Positions 29,296 to 39,252 of a stretch of 64,000 nucleotides of DNA are shown piece by piece (the stretch's first letter is position 1; the number at the start of each line of letters is the position of its first letter). The notes beneath the pieces are model-generated. The model was not told the origin of the DNA. It was given only the letters and a program-made list of their open reading frames with translations, and searched no databases. The position numbers were made by a program, and so were the translations under genes. The stretch comes from an uncultured Candidatus Saccharibacteria bacterium (GTDB taxonomy: Bacteria; Patescibacteriota; CAZHWT01): NCBI GenBank assembly GCA_964554805.1, contig CAZKPX010000002.1, positions 178,080-242,079 on the forward strand, read 5' to 3'.

Positions 29296-31662
29296 CTAAT
29301 TTAAGACAGGACTACCTACGGATTTGTTGCCTGAACGCGCCTTGAGCGGTTTGGTCAGAGCATGGCTTAGGACTTGATCAATATGATCGACAAAGTGCAA
29401 CTGAACTTTTTTTAGCACTTCCGCTGGGATATCATCCTTGTCGACTTCATTAGATTTGGGCAGTAGGATAGTCGTGATACCAGCTCTTTCTGCAGCCATG
29501 ACTTTTTCTTTAACTCCACCAATCTTCATAACGCGTCCTCGCAAGGTGATTTCACCGGTCATGGCTAAGTCTTTGCGCACAGGAATACCTGTTAGGGCAG
29601 AGGTTATAGCCGTTGTCATGGCTACGCCAGCCGAAGGACCATCTTTTGGTATGGCACCGGCTGGGACATGGACGTGAATGTCCTTCTGTAGTGCTTTTGT
29701 ATCAATACCCAGGCTGTCAGCGTGGGAGCGGGCATAGGACAGAGCCGCATGGACTGACTCTTTCATCACATCGCCTAATTGACCGGTTAATTGAAGATTT
29801 CCCTTTCCATTAAAGAGAGTTGCTTCGACAGATAAGACCTCGCCCCCAACTGGAGTAACTGCCAGTCCCGCTACTAGTCCCACCTGGTCCTCAGTCTCTT
29901 TGGTCCACTTATCGACTTTGGATGGTCCCAAATACTTACCTACTTGAGGAATGCCTAGTTGACCAGGCGCCTGATCACCTTCTGCCACCTGCTTGGCCAC
30001 CTTTCGGGCAATGGCAGATAGCTGTCTTTCAAGATCTCGCACTCCTGATTCATGGGTGTAATGTTCGATTAAATGCTCAAGGGCACTGTCTGATAGATCA
30101 AATTGCTCTGCTTTTAAGCCGCTGGCGTCACGAACTTTATCGAGTAAGTGATCTTTGGCAATATGGAGCTTTTCTTTGGCCGTATAGCTAGGGAAGTTGA
30201 TGATCTCCATACGATCTCGGAGCGGGCCGGGGATGTTTTCCAAAACATTGGCCGTGGCGATAAAGAGCACATCTGATAGATCGTAGGGAACCTCAAGATA
30301 GTGGTCAGCAAAAGCAAAGTTTTGTTCTGGGTCCAAAGCTTCTAATAAGGCAGATGATGGATCGCCACGGAAATCTGAGCCCACCTTGTCAATCTCATCT
30401 AGCAAGAAAACGGGATTGCTCGATTTCGCCTGATTGATGCCCTGAATTATTCGGCCAGGCATGGCGCCGACATAGGTCCGACGATGACCACGAATCTCGG
30501 CTTCATCATGGACTCCACCTAGGCTGATTTTGACAAACTTACGATCAAGCGATTTAGCAATAGACCGCGCGATAGAAGTTTTACCAACTCCGGGAGGGCC
30601 CGCAAAGACCAGAATAGGTCCGCGAATTTTTCCAGTCAACTGATGAACTGCTAAGTATTCAAGAATACGATCTTTAACTTTGGGTAAGCCATAATGGTCG
30701 GCGTCAAGCTGCTGCTGAGCCTGTTTTAGGTCGACTTTCGACTTGGACTTATCGCCCCATGGCAATGAAGCAATTAAGTCTAGGTAATTTCTGATATAGC
30801 CTACCTCGGGGCTCATAGAAGGCATGGACTTGAGCCGGTTCAGCTCTTTGGTGGCTTTTTCGGCTACTTCCTTAGGCAACTTCTTGGCCTTGAGCTGTTT
30901 TTCTAAGTCTTCAAGGTCGCCGCCCTCACCTTCACCGAGCTCGCGCTGAATAGTTTTCATCTGCTCTCGAAGATAGACTTCCTTTTGCATCTTGGTCAGC
31001 TCTTCTTGAGTCTGTGAGTTTAGTTGTTGCTCCAATTCGGCAACATGCAGCTCTTGGGCCAATAATAGATTGGTTTTGGTTAATCTTTCACCAAGATCAA
31101 TTTCTTCCAGAATTTGTTGCTTCTGCTTGTGATCATTGCCAACTTGCGAGGCTATTAGATCGACTAAACGATGCGCAGATCCGGTAGAAAGTATATTAAT
31201 CAAGACTTGCATATCGAAATCACGCCGTAGGGAGACGTACGTCTTGAGTTGATTGGTCAGATTGTTTTTTAAGGCTAAAATTTCGTCTGTTTCAGACTCA
31301 ACTGCCGATAGCTTGCGGGCATCTACTCGGAAATAGTCATTATCGAGATTATACTTGGTGATCTCGACTCTCGCCAATCCCTCGGCCACCACCTTAACAT
31401 CGCTATCTGACCGCAAAACCTGGCGAATTATGCCTAGGGTTCCTATCTGATATAAATCTTCTGGCTCCACTTCTTCCTTATCCGGGTCCTTTTGTCCTAC
31501 AAAAATGACCAGATTATTGGCTTGTAGCGCTTCATCAATGGCTAGTCGGGTTAATCGCCTACCAAAAGCCAGCCCGGTGTGGGTTCCAGGAAAAATAATT
31601 ACGTCTTTTAGTGGCAATAGGGGAATATTTTCTAACTTAGGCTCTGATACTACGATATCCAT
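29296..31662 (-). CDS. lon: ATP-dependent Lon protease (LonA)
   Basis: It has a LON N-domain, an AAA+ module ([15 protein letters not shown]) and the S16 protease domain with the catalytic Ser ([14 protein letters not shown]). Length is 788 aa. An AAGGA SD lies upstream. Confidence 0.95.
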   Translation of the reverse strand: MDIVVSEPKLENIPLLPLKDVIIFPGTHTGLAFGRRLTRLAIDEALQANNLVIFVGQKDPDKEEVEPEDLYQIGTLGIIRQVLRSDSDVKVVAEGLARVEITKYNLDNDYFRVDARKLSAVESETDEILALKNNLTNQLKTYVSLRRDFDMQVLINILSTGSAHRLVDLIASQVGNDHKQKQQILEEIDLGERLTKTNLLLAQELHVAELEQQLNSQTQEELTKMQKEVYLREQMKTIQRELGEGEGGDLEDLEKQLKAKKLPKEVAEKATKELNRLKSMPSMSPEVGYIRNYLDLIASLPWGDKSKSKVDLKQAQQQLDADHYGLPKVKDRILEYLAVHQLTGKIRGPILVFAGPPGVGKTSIARSIAKSLDRKFVKISLGGVHDEAEIRGHRRTYVGAMPGRIIQGINQAKSSNPVFLLDEIDKVGSDFRGDPSSALLEALDPEQNFAFADHYLEVPYDLSDVLFIATANVLENIPGPLRDRMEIINFPSYTAKEKLHIAKDHLLDKVRDASGLKAEQFDLSDSALEHLIEHYTHESGVRDLERQLSAIARKVAKQVAEGDQAPGQLGIPQVGKYLGPSKVDKWTKETEDQVGLVAGLAVTPVGGEVLSVEATLFNGKGNLQLTGQLGDVMKESVHAALSYARSHADSLGIDTKALQKDIHVHVPAGAIPKDGPSAGVAMTTAITSALTGIPVRKDLAMTGEITLRGRVMKIGGVKEKVMAAERAGITTILLPKSNEVDKDDIPAEVLKKVQLHFVDHIDQVLSHALTKPLKARSGNKSVGSPVLN

Positions 31663-31741
31663 GTTGTCATCCTTTCTCTTGTAGACTTACTGTACCGTAT
31701 GAAAGTAAGACATGATTAAGCTGAATATGGCTTAATTCCTG

Positions 31742-31768
31742 TCTAGCAAAGTATGACATAGAGTGCTA
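31742..31768. promoter_or_regulatory. CIRCE-like half-conserved dyad upstream of lon (CTAGCAAAG-N9-GAGTGCTAA)
   Basis: The right half-site matches the CIRCE consensus exactly with a 9-nt spacer, and the left half is degenerate. It shares TTRGCACTCT...TGWCATAC with the clpB and 39180 elements. Confidence 0.3.
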
Positions 31769-31796
31769 AATAGGTCAAGAGGTAAATGACACCAAT

Positions 31797-32414
31797 CTAT
31801 CTTGAACTAGCCTCATTACGGAGACCTTTTAGCTGCTTTAGAATATCGATGACCAATTCTTTTGGGTTATCTGAATATTGTATGAGACTATGGCTTGCTT
31901 GGGCTAACTCAACTATTTGATTGACATGATGGCTTTGGTCTCGGCTACTGATTAATACGCCAATAGGGATAGTTTTTGTAAATGGTTGGGATAGCGAATC
32001 TAGTGGTTGGTGATGGGCCATAATTATAAGAGCATCAACCGTTTCAAAAAATAACTTTTGCCGGGCCACATTGGATCCAGCATAGATGATAGAATCGTAA
32101 ACAAACGCAGCTGGCTGGCGCTGTACATGGTCTGATTGTGTCTTGGCGTCTGAGAAGCCAAGACTTTGACCTTGTAATTGCCTGGCCCCTTTGGAGGCGA
32201 CGAGAGCGGTGCCTTGATCGGCAAAGGTAGCCACTATTTGTGATTGTTTAGCAACCAATTGACCAATCAGCAAGGACTGCTGGAGGTCGTCAGCACTAGA
32301 CGACTCTAAGTCTGGCCCAATAAAGCCTATGGTAAATCGGGCCGACAGAGGCCTGCCGACTTTGGGAGTGGTGGTTTGATATAAAGGTTTTGTTGAATTC
32401 AAAGGTCGCGCCAT
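31797..32414 (-). CDS. Hypothetical Rossmann-fold protein (LOG/SLOG/DprA-like nucleotide-binding fold?)
   Basis: It has a weak G-rich loop pattern (AGSNVARQKLFFE...DALIIM) reminiscent of the LOG/TIGR00725 families. No confident motif. Confidence 0.4.
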   Translation of the reverse strand: MARPLNSTKPLYQTTTPKVGRPLSARFTIGFIGPDLESSSADDLQQSLLIGQLVAKQSQIVATFADQGTALVASKGARQLQGQSLGFSDAKTQSDHVQRQPAAFVYDSIIYAGSNVARQKLFFETVDALIIMAHHQPLDSLSQPFTKTIPIGVLISSRDQSHHVNQIVELAQASHSLIQYSDNPKELVIDILKQLKGLRNEASSR

Positions 32415-32519
32415 TCATAGGTAGTGTAACAAATGTCTGTCATCTGAGCTAGGCCAAGGCTAATTGTTGTGCTATAGTACCAATATTGACAACAATTTAG
32501 GCATGAGGAGGAACAAATA

Positions 32520-34322
32520 ATGTCTTTTGTAACATCTTGGAATTTCGCAGATCTGGCACAGTCTGACACTGATCCAAATCTTGACAAGCGCTTGGAAGAA
32601 AGCCGCCAGGCTGTGGCAGCCTTTCGTGATAAATGGCGTGATAACGGCGACTATCTGACCAAGCCCGCCATTCTTAAACAGGCCTTGGATGAGCTAGAGT
32701 TGCTGGAACGAGACCATGGTTGCAATGCCTGGCAATCTTACTACTTCTCTCTTCGCTTGCAGCAGAATCAGCTAGACAATACGGTAAAAACCGCTTCGAG
32801 AGTGGCCGATGAAGCTTCGATTGAATTATATAATCAGCTACAATTTTTCACTTTATCATTGGCTAAGATTGGCACGGAGCAGCAGGCGCTATTCTTAGCG
32901 GACTCGCAATTGTCTGACTACCGTTATTTTCTCCAGCAACTATTTGCCGAGCAACCGTATGTGTTATCAGATCAAGAAGAAAAGATTCTTAATTTAGTAT
33001 CTCAGCCAGCCGTTCGCTCGTGGGTGGATATGACAGAATCATTTTTAGCCAAGGAAGAAGTTGAATCTTTATCTGCGGATGGTCAATCTGCTGCTCAAAC
33101 TGTTCCCCAGCTCATGGCTTTGCTTAATAATTCGAACAAGCCGATTCGCGACCAAGCGGCTGATCATGTTCATGCCATCATGGGTCGTCAGTCTGCCGTA
33201 GCTACCGAAGAAATGAATGCTGTGCTGGGGTTCAAAAAAATCAACGACGATTTAAGGGGCTTTGCTCGTCCCGATGCTGGCCGACATCTCGGTGATGGTA
33301 TAGACAGTCAAACGGTTGATTCAATGCTTGATGCTGTCAGCAGTCGCAATGACTTGCCGCACAAATTCTACTCGCTTAAAGCACAGCTACTTGCTCAAGA
33401 CAAACTGGCCTACCACGAGCGTAATGTAGAAGCAGGTTCTGTTGATAGCCGCTACTCTTTTGAAGATACGGTGGCATTGATTAACAAGGTTTTTAGTCAA
33501 CTTGACCCCGAATTTGCTACGATTACCACCAAATTTATTACTGATGGTCGAATCGATGTTTTTCCAGCTAAAGGCAAGAGCGGTGGCGCCTTTTGCGCCC
33601 ACAATCTGCTCACCCAACCAACCTATATTCTGCTCAATCATACCGATAGATTGCAGGACGTGTTAACGATGGCTCATGAGCTGGGTCATGGTATTAACAA
33701 TGAACTGACTCGCCAGGTACAGAATTCACTTAATTTTGGCACATCCCTGGCCACCGCTGAGGTAGCCAGCACCTTTATGGAAGACTTTGTGCTGGAAGAG
33801 TTGCTGAAAGAAGCAGATCCTGCGGGCCGGCTGGCGATTTTAATGATGAAACTCAACGATGATATGTCATCCATATTCCGTCAAGTTGCTTGCTATCGCT
33901 TTGAGCAGTCGCTGCACCGCAACTTCAGGCAAAAAGGCTACCTATCCACTGAGGAGATCGGGGACATATTCAATCAGCATATGGCGGAATATATGGGCCC
34001 CGCTGTAGAGCAAACATCGGGCTGCGAGAATTGGTGGGTTTACTGGAGCCATATTCGCAACTCTTTTTATGTCTACTCATATGCTTCTGGTTTGCTTATC
34101 TCCAAATCACTGCAGGCTATGGTTCATAGCAATGCCAAAGATATTCAAAAGGTCAAACAGTTTATGGCGGCTGGCACATCAGATAGTCCTAGCGGCATCT
34201 TTGCTGCTGCAGGTATAACTATTAACGACGCTAGCTTCTGGTCGGCTGGTCTTAATCAGATCGAAAGCCTCCTTGATGAGAGCTATGCACTGGCTCGAGA
34301 GTTGAAATTAATTAAAGACTAA
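32520..34322 (+). CDS. pepF: Oligoendopeptidase F (M3B family metallopeptidase)
   Basis: The HELGHG zinc-binding motif is in an M3 context. Length is 600 aa. A strong GGAGG SD lies 8 nt upstream. Confidence 0.85.
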   Translation: MSFVTSWNFADLAQSDTDPNLDKRLEESRQAVAAFRDKWRDNGDYLTKPAILKQALDELELLERDHGCNAWQSYYFSLRLQQNQLDNTVKTASRVADEASIELYNQLQFFTLSLAKIGTEQQALFLADSQLSDYRYFLQQLFAEQPYVLSDQEEKILNLVSQPAVRSWVDMTESFLAKEEVESLSADGQSAAQTVPQLMALLNNSNKPIRDQAADHVHAIMGRQSAVATEEMNAVLGFKKINDDLRGFARPDAGRHLGDGIDSQTVDSMLDAVSSRNDLPHKFYSLKAQLLAQDKLAYHERNVEAGSVDSRYSFEDTVALINKVFSQLDPEFATITTKFITDGRIDVFPAKGKSGGAFCAHNLLTQPTYILLNHTDRLQDVLTMAHELGHGINNELTRQVQNSLNFGTSLATAEVASTFMEDFVLEELLKEADPAGRLAILMMKLNDDMSSIFRQVACYRFEQSLHRNFRQKGYLSTEEIGDIFNQHMAEYMGPAVEQTSGCENWWVYWSHIRNSFYVYSYASGLLISKSLQAMVHSNAKDIQKVKQFMAAGTSDSPSGIFAAAGITINDASFWSAGLNQIESLLDESYALARELKLIKD

Positions 34323-34334
34323 GAAAGGTTTTGT

Positions 34335-35036
34335 ATGAGTAGTGAATTTGTTAATTATCTATTTAGTGTTGGCCTAGTATCAGTGATTGCGGTATGGCTG
34401 ATGCTCTATATCCGCACCTCTATTAGCCGCAACCGGCAATGGTTGATCAAAACCACAATCATTGCTCTAGCTTGGTCCGCCATAATCGCTTGGTGGATAG
34501 ATTATGCTTATCAATTTCCTGTTAGCTGGTTAGGAGCGGCCGGAGTACGTTTTGAGGCATGGCTTATTTTGGGCTTGGCGCTGGGTATCTTAGCCGACTT
34601 ATGGAGCAAATTGCCTACGACAAGGGCATTTACGTATCCCGTTACTGTTAATTGGCCGGCTCTTATTGTGTCGGCTGCGGCCATAATCCTCACTGGCCTC
34701 GTCACCAGTTGGTTTAGTTTGCCGGCTAGCCTGGGCGCTTTGACTGTTATTAGCTTGTCCGGACTCTTTATTGCCAGTCAGGTTATGAATCGGTTGCTAG
34801 CCAGTTTGCTAACGTTGCTTGCCGCACTGTTGGTTGCAGGGGCTATAAGTTTTGCTTTGCCCCTGGTCTGGCCTAGCATGGCTGGTCACTTTATACTGAG
34901 TTGGTGGAGTGTCCTTGACATACCCAGTCTTGCTCTAGCTGCCAGCTTAGGTTTTGGCTTTGGTCCTTTATGTTGGTGGTGGCTGGGCCAGCCAGTGCTT
35001 AATACAACTCAGGCTACTGCAGGCAATAAAAAATAG
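34335..35036 (+). CDS. Hypothetical polytopic membrane protein
   Basis: Six or seven predicted TM helices. It is closely downstream of pepF. Confidence 0.5.
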   Translation: MSSEFVNYLFSVGLVSVIAVWLMLYIRTSISRNRQWLIKTTIIALAWSAIIAWWIDYAYQFPVSWLGAAGVRFEAWLILGLALGILADLWSKLPTTRAFTYPVTVNWPALIVSAAAIILTGLVTSWFSLPASLGALTVISLSGLFIASQVMNRLLASLLTLLAALLVAGAISFALPLVWPSMAGHFILSWWSVLDIPSLALAASLGFGFGPLCWWWLGQPVLNTTQATAGNKK

Positions 35037-35139
35037 CTGCTTACGGTGTAAGCCTAGCCCTCATTCTCTTTAAGCATAAAACGCCCTTCCGTTAGGATGT
35101 AGGGCGTTTTATTTAGGCTATTTAGTTAATTTACTGCTA

Positions 35140-35940
35140 TTACCGACCCAGAGCGCCTGCTCCCCAATAGCCGTTGTACTGAATGGCTACTTGAAGGTTA
35201 TCTATTCGGACTCCTAATGATGGATTGGCTGCGTGGACAATTTGATTGCCACCAATATACATACCGACGTGATTGGCATTGAAGAATACCAAATCTCCTG
35301 GATGTAAATCGGCTAACCCTATACGAGGTGTGGCTGAATACTGAGATGTAACGGTCCTTGGAAGGCTGATGCCACGGAGTCCAGCCAGGTACTGAGTTAA
35401 TCCGGAACAATCAAATCCAGCTAATGAGGTACCGCCATGAACATACGGTCGTCCTATAACTTGAGAGAGGCCTGGAACGCCAGTGGCTGTCATAGTTGAA
35501 GGTGATTGCGTAGCACTATAGCCTGTGCTGCCAGCGTTTCGCTGCGATGTAGGGGCTGGCTGAGTCGGATTGCTTGGTTGTGGGGTGTAATCGGTTGAAA
35601 TTGGCTTATTTACTCCGGCAATTCCACGAGTTAGTGGAACGTCTTGTCCAGGAATAGTCAATATTTGTTGAGCGAAGATAAGATTGGGATCCGAAATGGA
35701 CTCATTCTTTTCGTATATCGAGGGCCAATTGATATTATGTTGCTTAGCGATGGCATCAAGATAGTCGCCAGGTTGAACGGTGTAGGTTGTACTGGCAGGT
35801 TCTGTAGCTGTTTCCACAGCTGGGGTGGTGGTTGTGCCTTCGTCGGCGGACGCAGTAGTTGCAGCGATAGTAGATGCCCCCATCCACAAGGTTGCTGCAC
35901 ACACTGAAGCCATGAAAAGCTTTGTGTATGTTCTTTGCAT
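35140..35940 (-). CDS. LysM domain + NlpC/P60 peptidoglycan endopeptidase
   Basis: A signal peptide is followed by a LysM domain (YTVQPGDYLDAIAKQHNINWPSIYEKN), a Pro/Thr linker and an NlpC/P60 core (CSGLTQY...HVGMYIG). An AGGAGG SD lies upstream. Confidence 0.8.
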   Translation of the reverse strand: MQRTYTKLFMASVCAATLWMGASTIAATTASADEGTTTTPAVETATEPASTTYTVQPGDYLDAIAKQHNINWPSIYEKNESISDPNLIFAQQILTIPGQDVPLTRGIAGVNKPISTDYTPQPSNPTQPAPTSQRNAGSTGYSATQSPSTMTATGVPGLSQVIGRPYVHGGTSLAGFDCSGLTQYLAGLRGISLPRTVTSQYSATPRIGLADLHPGDLVFFNANHVGMYIGGNQIVHAANPSLGVRIDNLQVAIQYNGYWGAGALGR

Positions 35941-36459
35941 AGTTACGACCCCTCCTATAGCGTCGTAAGTATTTAAATTTTGGGCGTTTTATACCCTAAA
36001 ACCGAGACATTTTACCGAACAAAAGACGAGACATAAATGCCTAGGGTAAAATGGCTGTTTCAAGATATAACAATCCGGCTATGGAGTTGGTTTCACATAA
36101 GGGGGAGCTTGTGTGCTTTTGCCTAAAGAGCAGAGGCGAAAAGTTGTGCCAAGGACGAACCGGATACTAGAAGCAGGATTCACCTCCTTTGGGAATTTCG
36201 ATCAATGACTGAAGCGCAGTCATGTTGCTTCTATTTATCCATACGCTTTCACAAAGCAAGCATAGAGTAAATTGTTTGTTTTATGTAACAAATAACGTTT
36301 TTAAAAGTACTCACTTTTTAATCATAAAGCAACAGGCAAGCATCTTTCTTGCTGCTATGAACAGATAATCTACATTTCAGAATATTAACTCTTACACGAT
36401 TTAATAGTTATGGATTTTGTCAAGTTGGCAGAGCGTGATGTCCGTGCTACACTCCTGAT

Positions 36460-37293
36460 ATGCCACTTTTGATGTCAGGCCAGCCTGTTGCACAGCATAT
36501 ATATAGCCAAATCGAGAAGCGCCTAGACTCTTTGCAGCAAGCACCTACTTTGGCTATTTTGCAAGTTGGCGATGTAGCTGCCTCAACAATTTACGTCAAG
36601 AAAAAGCTAGCGGCTGCCAAGCGCATAGGCATCGCGACTATATTTGAACATTTGCCCGCCACTGCTTCTCAAGATGAAGTCTTGTCAATTATCTCCCAAT
36701 GGAACACTGATGCTACGGTTACGGCTATACTCATTCAGCTACCCCTTCCCCAATCCCTTGCCAGCCAATCAATTATATCTAGCATTTTGCCAAGTAAGGA
36801 TGTAGATGGACTTCACCCTCTCAATGTAGGCTTATTGGTGTCAGGCCAACCGAATATCATTCCTGCCACTGCCAAAGGCGTAATGCGCATGCTAGATTAC
36901 TACACTATTGGCTTAGAGTCTAAAAGAGTTTTGGTAATTGGCAGGAGCTCATTGGTCGGTAAGCCTACTGCCATGCTTCTCCTTCAACGAAATGCTACCG
37001 TCACAATGGCTCATAGCCAAACTGCCAACTTATCCGAGTTGCTATCTAAGGCTGATGTAATCATCAGCGCAGCAGGCAAGCCGTTTCTTATCAAACCTGA
37101 GCAGGTATCTCCTAAGAGTGTTATAGTTGATGTGAGCATCAGTCGTTTACCGCAGGGTATTGTCGGTGATGCCGATTTGATTAGGCAGACAGCCTCGGTC
37201 GAGGCTATTTCCCCAGTACCAGGCGGAATCGGACCGTTAACTATCGCTTGTCTGCTGGAAAATGTACTCGACTGCTACGACTTACAACATTAG
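36460..37293 (+). CDS. folD: Bifunctional methylenetetrahydrofolate dehydrogenase/cyclohydrolase
   Basis: It has THF_DHG_CYH N- and C-domains (VILVGD-like LQVGDVAASTIYVKKK; GRSSLVGKP). The extended -10 TGCTACACT ends 6 nt before the ATG, suggesting a leaderless gene. Confidence 0.9.
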   Translation: MPLLMSGQPVAQHIYSQIEKRLDSLQQAPTLAILQVGDVAASTIYVKKKLAAAKRIGIATIFEHLPATASQDEVLSIISQWNTDATVTAILIQLPLPQSLASQSIISSILPSKDVDGLHPLNVGLLVSGQPNIIPATAKGVMRMLDYYTIGLESKRVLVIGRSSLVGKPTAMLLLQRNATVTMAHSQTANLSELLSKADVIISAAGKPFLIKPEQVSPKSVIVDVSISRLPQGIVGDADLIRQTASVEAISPVPGGIGPLTIACLLENVLDCYDLQH

Positions 37294-37371
37294 CCGGCTG
37301 TCGTTTGACGAAGACCAGCCAAGCCTTTAATATTAACATATAAATACAAAACAAAGAGATGACTACCTATA

Positions 37372-39078
37372 ATGACTGCCCCATTTTTTTCTTCTTTTCC
37401 GAAACCTGAAATTGCATATTTTTGCGCCGAGTTTGCTTTAAGCGACGATTTGCCTATTTATTCTGGTGGACTAGGCGTATTGGCGGGCGACGTTGTTCGG
37501 CAGGCGGCTGATGATGCTATGCCGATGGTGGCAATTGGCCTGTTTTATCACCAGGGGTATTTTGAACAAGGAGTTGACACCGAAGGTCGCCAGCAACACA
37601 ATTACCAAACCATCGATCCGATCAAGGCAGGTCTCAGCTTGCTTACAGACGTTAACAACAGGCCGGTTATTGTTAGCATTCCCTATGCCAACGAACTGCT
37701 TTTTGCCCAGGTATGGCATATTTCTCTGGGCACGGTTCGCATCTATCTGCTTGACTCAAACACAGAACTTAATTCAGAAGATCGCCGTCTGATCACGCAG
37801 CACCTATATAACCCAGAACCTATGATTCGTATCGCCCAAGAGATGCTGCTTGGCATAGGTGGCGTTAAATTGCTTCGTCAGCTTCAGTTTTCACCTAAGG
37901 TTTATCATCTCAACGAGGGCCATTCGGCGTTTGCTAACTACGAGTTGGCATGGGAATTGATGGCTACTCAAGGATATACTTTTGACCAGGCTCGTCAAAT
38001 TGCCAGAAAGCAATTAGTTTTTACCAATCATACAATTGTTGCTGCTGGAAATGATGTCTTTCCTCGTCACCTCATTTCATCTCAGCTAGCCACCTATGCT
38101 GAAGCTCAGGATTTGCCGCTAGATGAAATGCTTGATGCGGCCCAGGATAGTCAATCAGACAATAGCTTTAGTATGACTATTTTAGCCTTAAATAGTAGCC
38201 ACATCGCCAATACTGTCAGTCAGCTCCACTATCAAGCCGCAAAGCATGTCTGGCCTGACTACTCATTTAGTTCGGTTACTAATGGCGTGCATCTGCCCAC
38301 CTGGGTTGAACCTTCTATTGTGAAGGCAAGCCAAGGCCTATCTATTCAAGGACTATCAGAGCTCTCGGATCAGGATTTGTGGCAACTTCATCAAACCAAC
38401 AAGTCCAATATGCTGCGATATATTTCTGACCAGACAGGCACTGAGTTGTCTAGCGAGGTGCTCACTGTCGTTTGGGCGCGTCGATTTGCTGCTTACAAGA
38501 GGCCTAACTTAGTTCTCCAAGACATTGAATGTCTTAAACAGCTGGCACAGGAAAAACAGCTTCAAATCTTATTTGCAGGCAAGGCTCACCCCAAAGACAG
38601 CGTCGGACAGGCAATTTTTTCGGAGATTCATCGGCTTGTCCGTTTGCATGGCCTGGAAGAATCTGTGGTGATTGTGCCCAATTACAGAATGGGTATGGCC
38701 AAGGTTCTTGAGTCTGGAGCTGATATTTGGCTTAATACGCCTATTCGCGGCCAAGAAGCGAGCGGCACAAGTGGCATGAAGGCCGGCGCGAATGGCGCTC
38801 TTCATTTATCTACCTCTGATGGGTGGATGGATGAGGTTGACTGGAAGGACATAGGCTGGATATTGCCTGACAGCAACACTGCGGAGGCTCTTTTTGAAAC
38901 ACTAAAACAGGAGATTATGCCTCTGTATTACAATTCGACAGCTGACCAGCCTGTTTCTGAGTGGTTTCATCGAATGAGACTGACAATGTCTATCTCTTGG
39001 CAGCAGTTTTCTGCCGCTCGAATGCTATCTGAGTATCGTCAAAAACTCTATCAGCCAATTATTGACACTTTGCCATAA
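37372..39078 (+). CDS. Alpha-glucan phosphorylase (GT35, short archaeal/bacterial type)
   Basis: It has the PLP-Lys motif EASGTSGMK and the GT35 core. The 568-aa length is the 'alpha-glucan family phosphorylase' type. Confidence 0.85.
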   Translation: MTAPFFSSFPKPEIAYFCAEFALSDDLPIYSGGLGVLAGDVVRQAADDAMPMVAIGLFYHQGYFEQGVDTEGRQQHNYQTIDPIKAGLSLLTDVNNRPVIVSIPYANELLFAQVWHISLGTVRIYLLDSNTELNSEDRRLITQHLYNPEPMIRIAQEMLLGIGGVKLLRQLQFSPKVYHLNEGHSAFANYELAWELMATQGYTFDQARQIARKQLVFTNHTIVAAGNDVFPRHLISSQLATYAEAQDLPLDEMLDAAQDSQSDNSFSMTILALNSSHIANTVSQLHYQAAKHVWPDYSFSSVTNGVHLPTWVEPSIVKASQGLSIQGLSELSDQDLWQLHQTNKSNMLRYISDQTGTELSSEVLTVVWARRFAAYKRPNLVLQDIECLKQLAQEKQLQILFAGKAHPKDSVGQAIFSEIHRLVRLHGLEESVVIVPNYRMGMAKVLESGADIWLNTPIRGQEASGTSGMKAGANGALHLSTSDGWMDEVDWKDIGWILPDSNTAEALFETLKQEIMPLYYNSTADQPVSEWFHRMRLTMSISWQQFSAARMLSEYRQKLYQPIIDTLP

Positions 39079-39179
39079 CAGCCTATATTGTTATCAATCA
39101 TGCTTGCTTATGTGCTAGAAGAATACAGCTCTTGGATGATGGCCATATGTTGATCTATCTCAGATAAACTACATACCTG

Positions 39180-39206
39180 TTATCACTCTGTCATACGGAG
39201 TGATAA
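39180..39206. promoter_or_regulatory. Perfect 9-9-9 dyad TTATCACTC-TGTCATACG-GAGTGATAA (CIRCE-like) in a convergent intergenic spacer
   Basis: A perfect inverted repeat with a 9-nt spacer, one mismatch per arm relative to the CIRCE consensus TTAGCACTC-N9-GAGTGCTAA. It is AT-rich, so it is a poor terminator. Confidence 0.4.
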
Positions 39207-39252
39207 GATATTAGACCTATAGTCGTTTTATAGACCTCTATTCTTGCTCTTA

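Noticed and set aside
36150-36200. Possible SRP (4.5S) RNA or anti-SD-like element (…CCGGATACTAGAAGCAGGATTCACCTCCTTT…)
   Set aside because: It has only a loose resemblance to the SRP helix-8 motif GGUCCGGAAGGAAGCAGCC, and the element order is wrong. The match to the 16S 3' end has an insertion. Neither can be confirmed without covariance-model searches.
35941-36250. c-di-AMP (ydaO-type) riboswitch upstream of the NlpC/P60 hydrolase gene
   Set aside because: The biological context fits. However, the hallmark paired GGGGGAYC and CCGAAGG segments could not be convincingly identified on the correct (minus) strand, so it is left as a hypothesis in the findings only.
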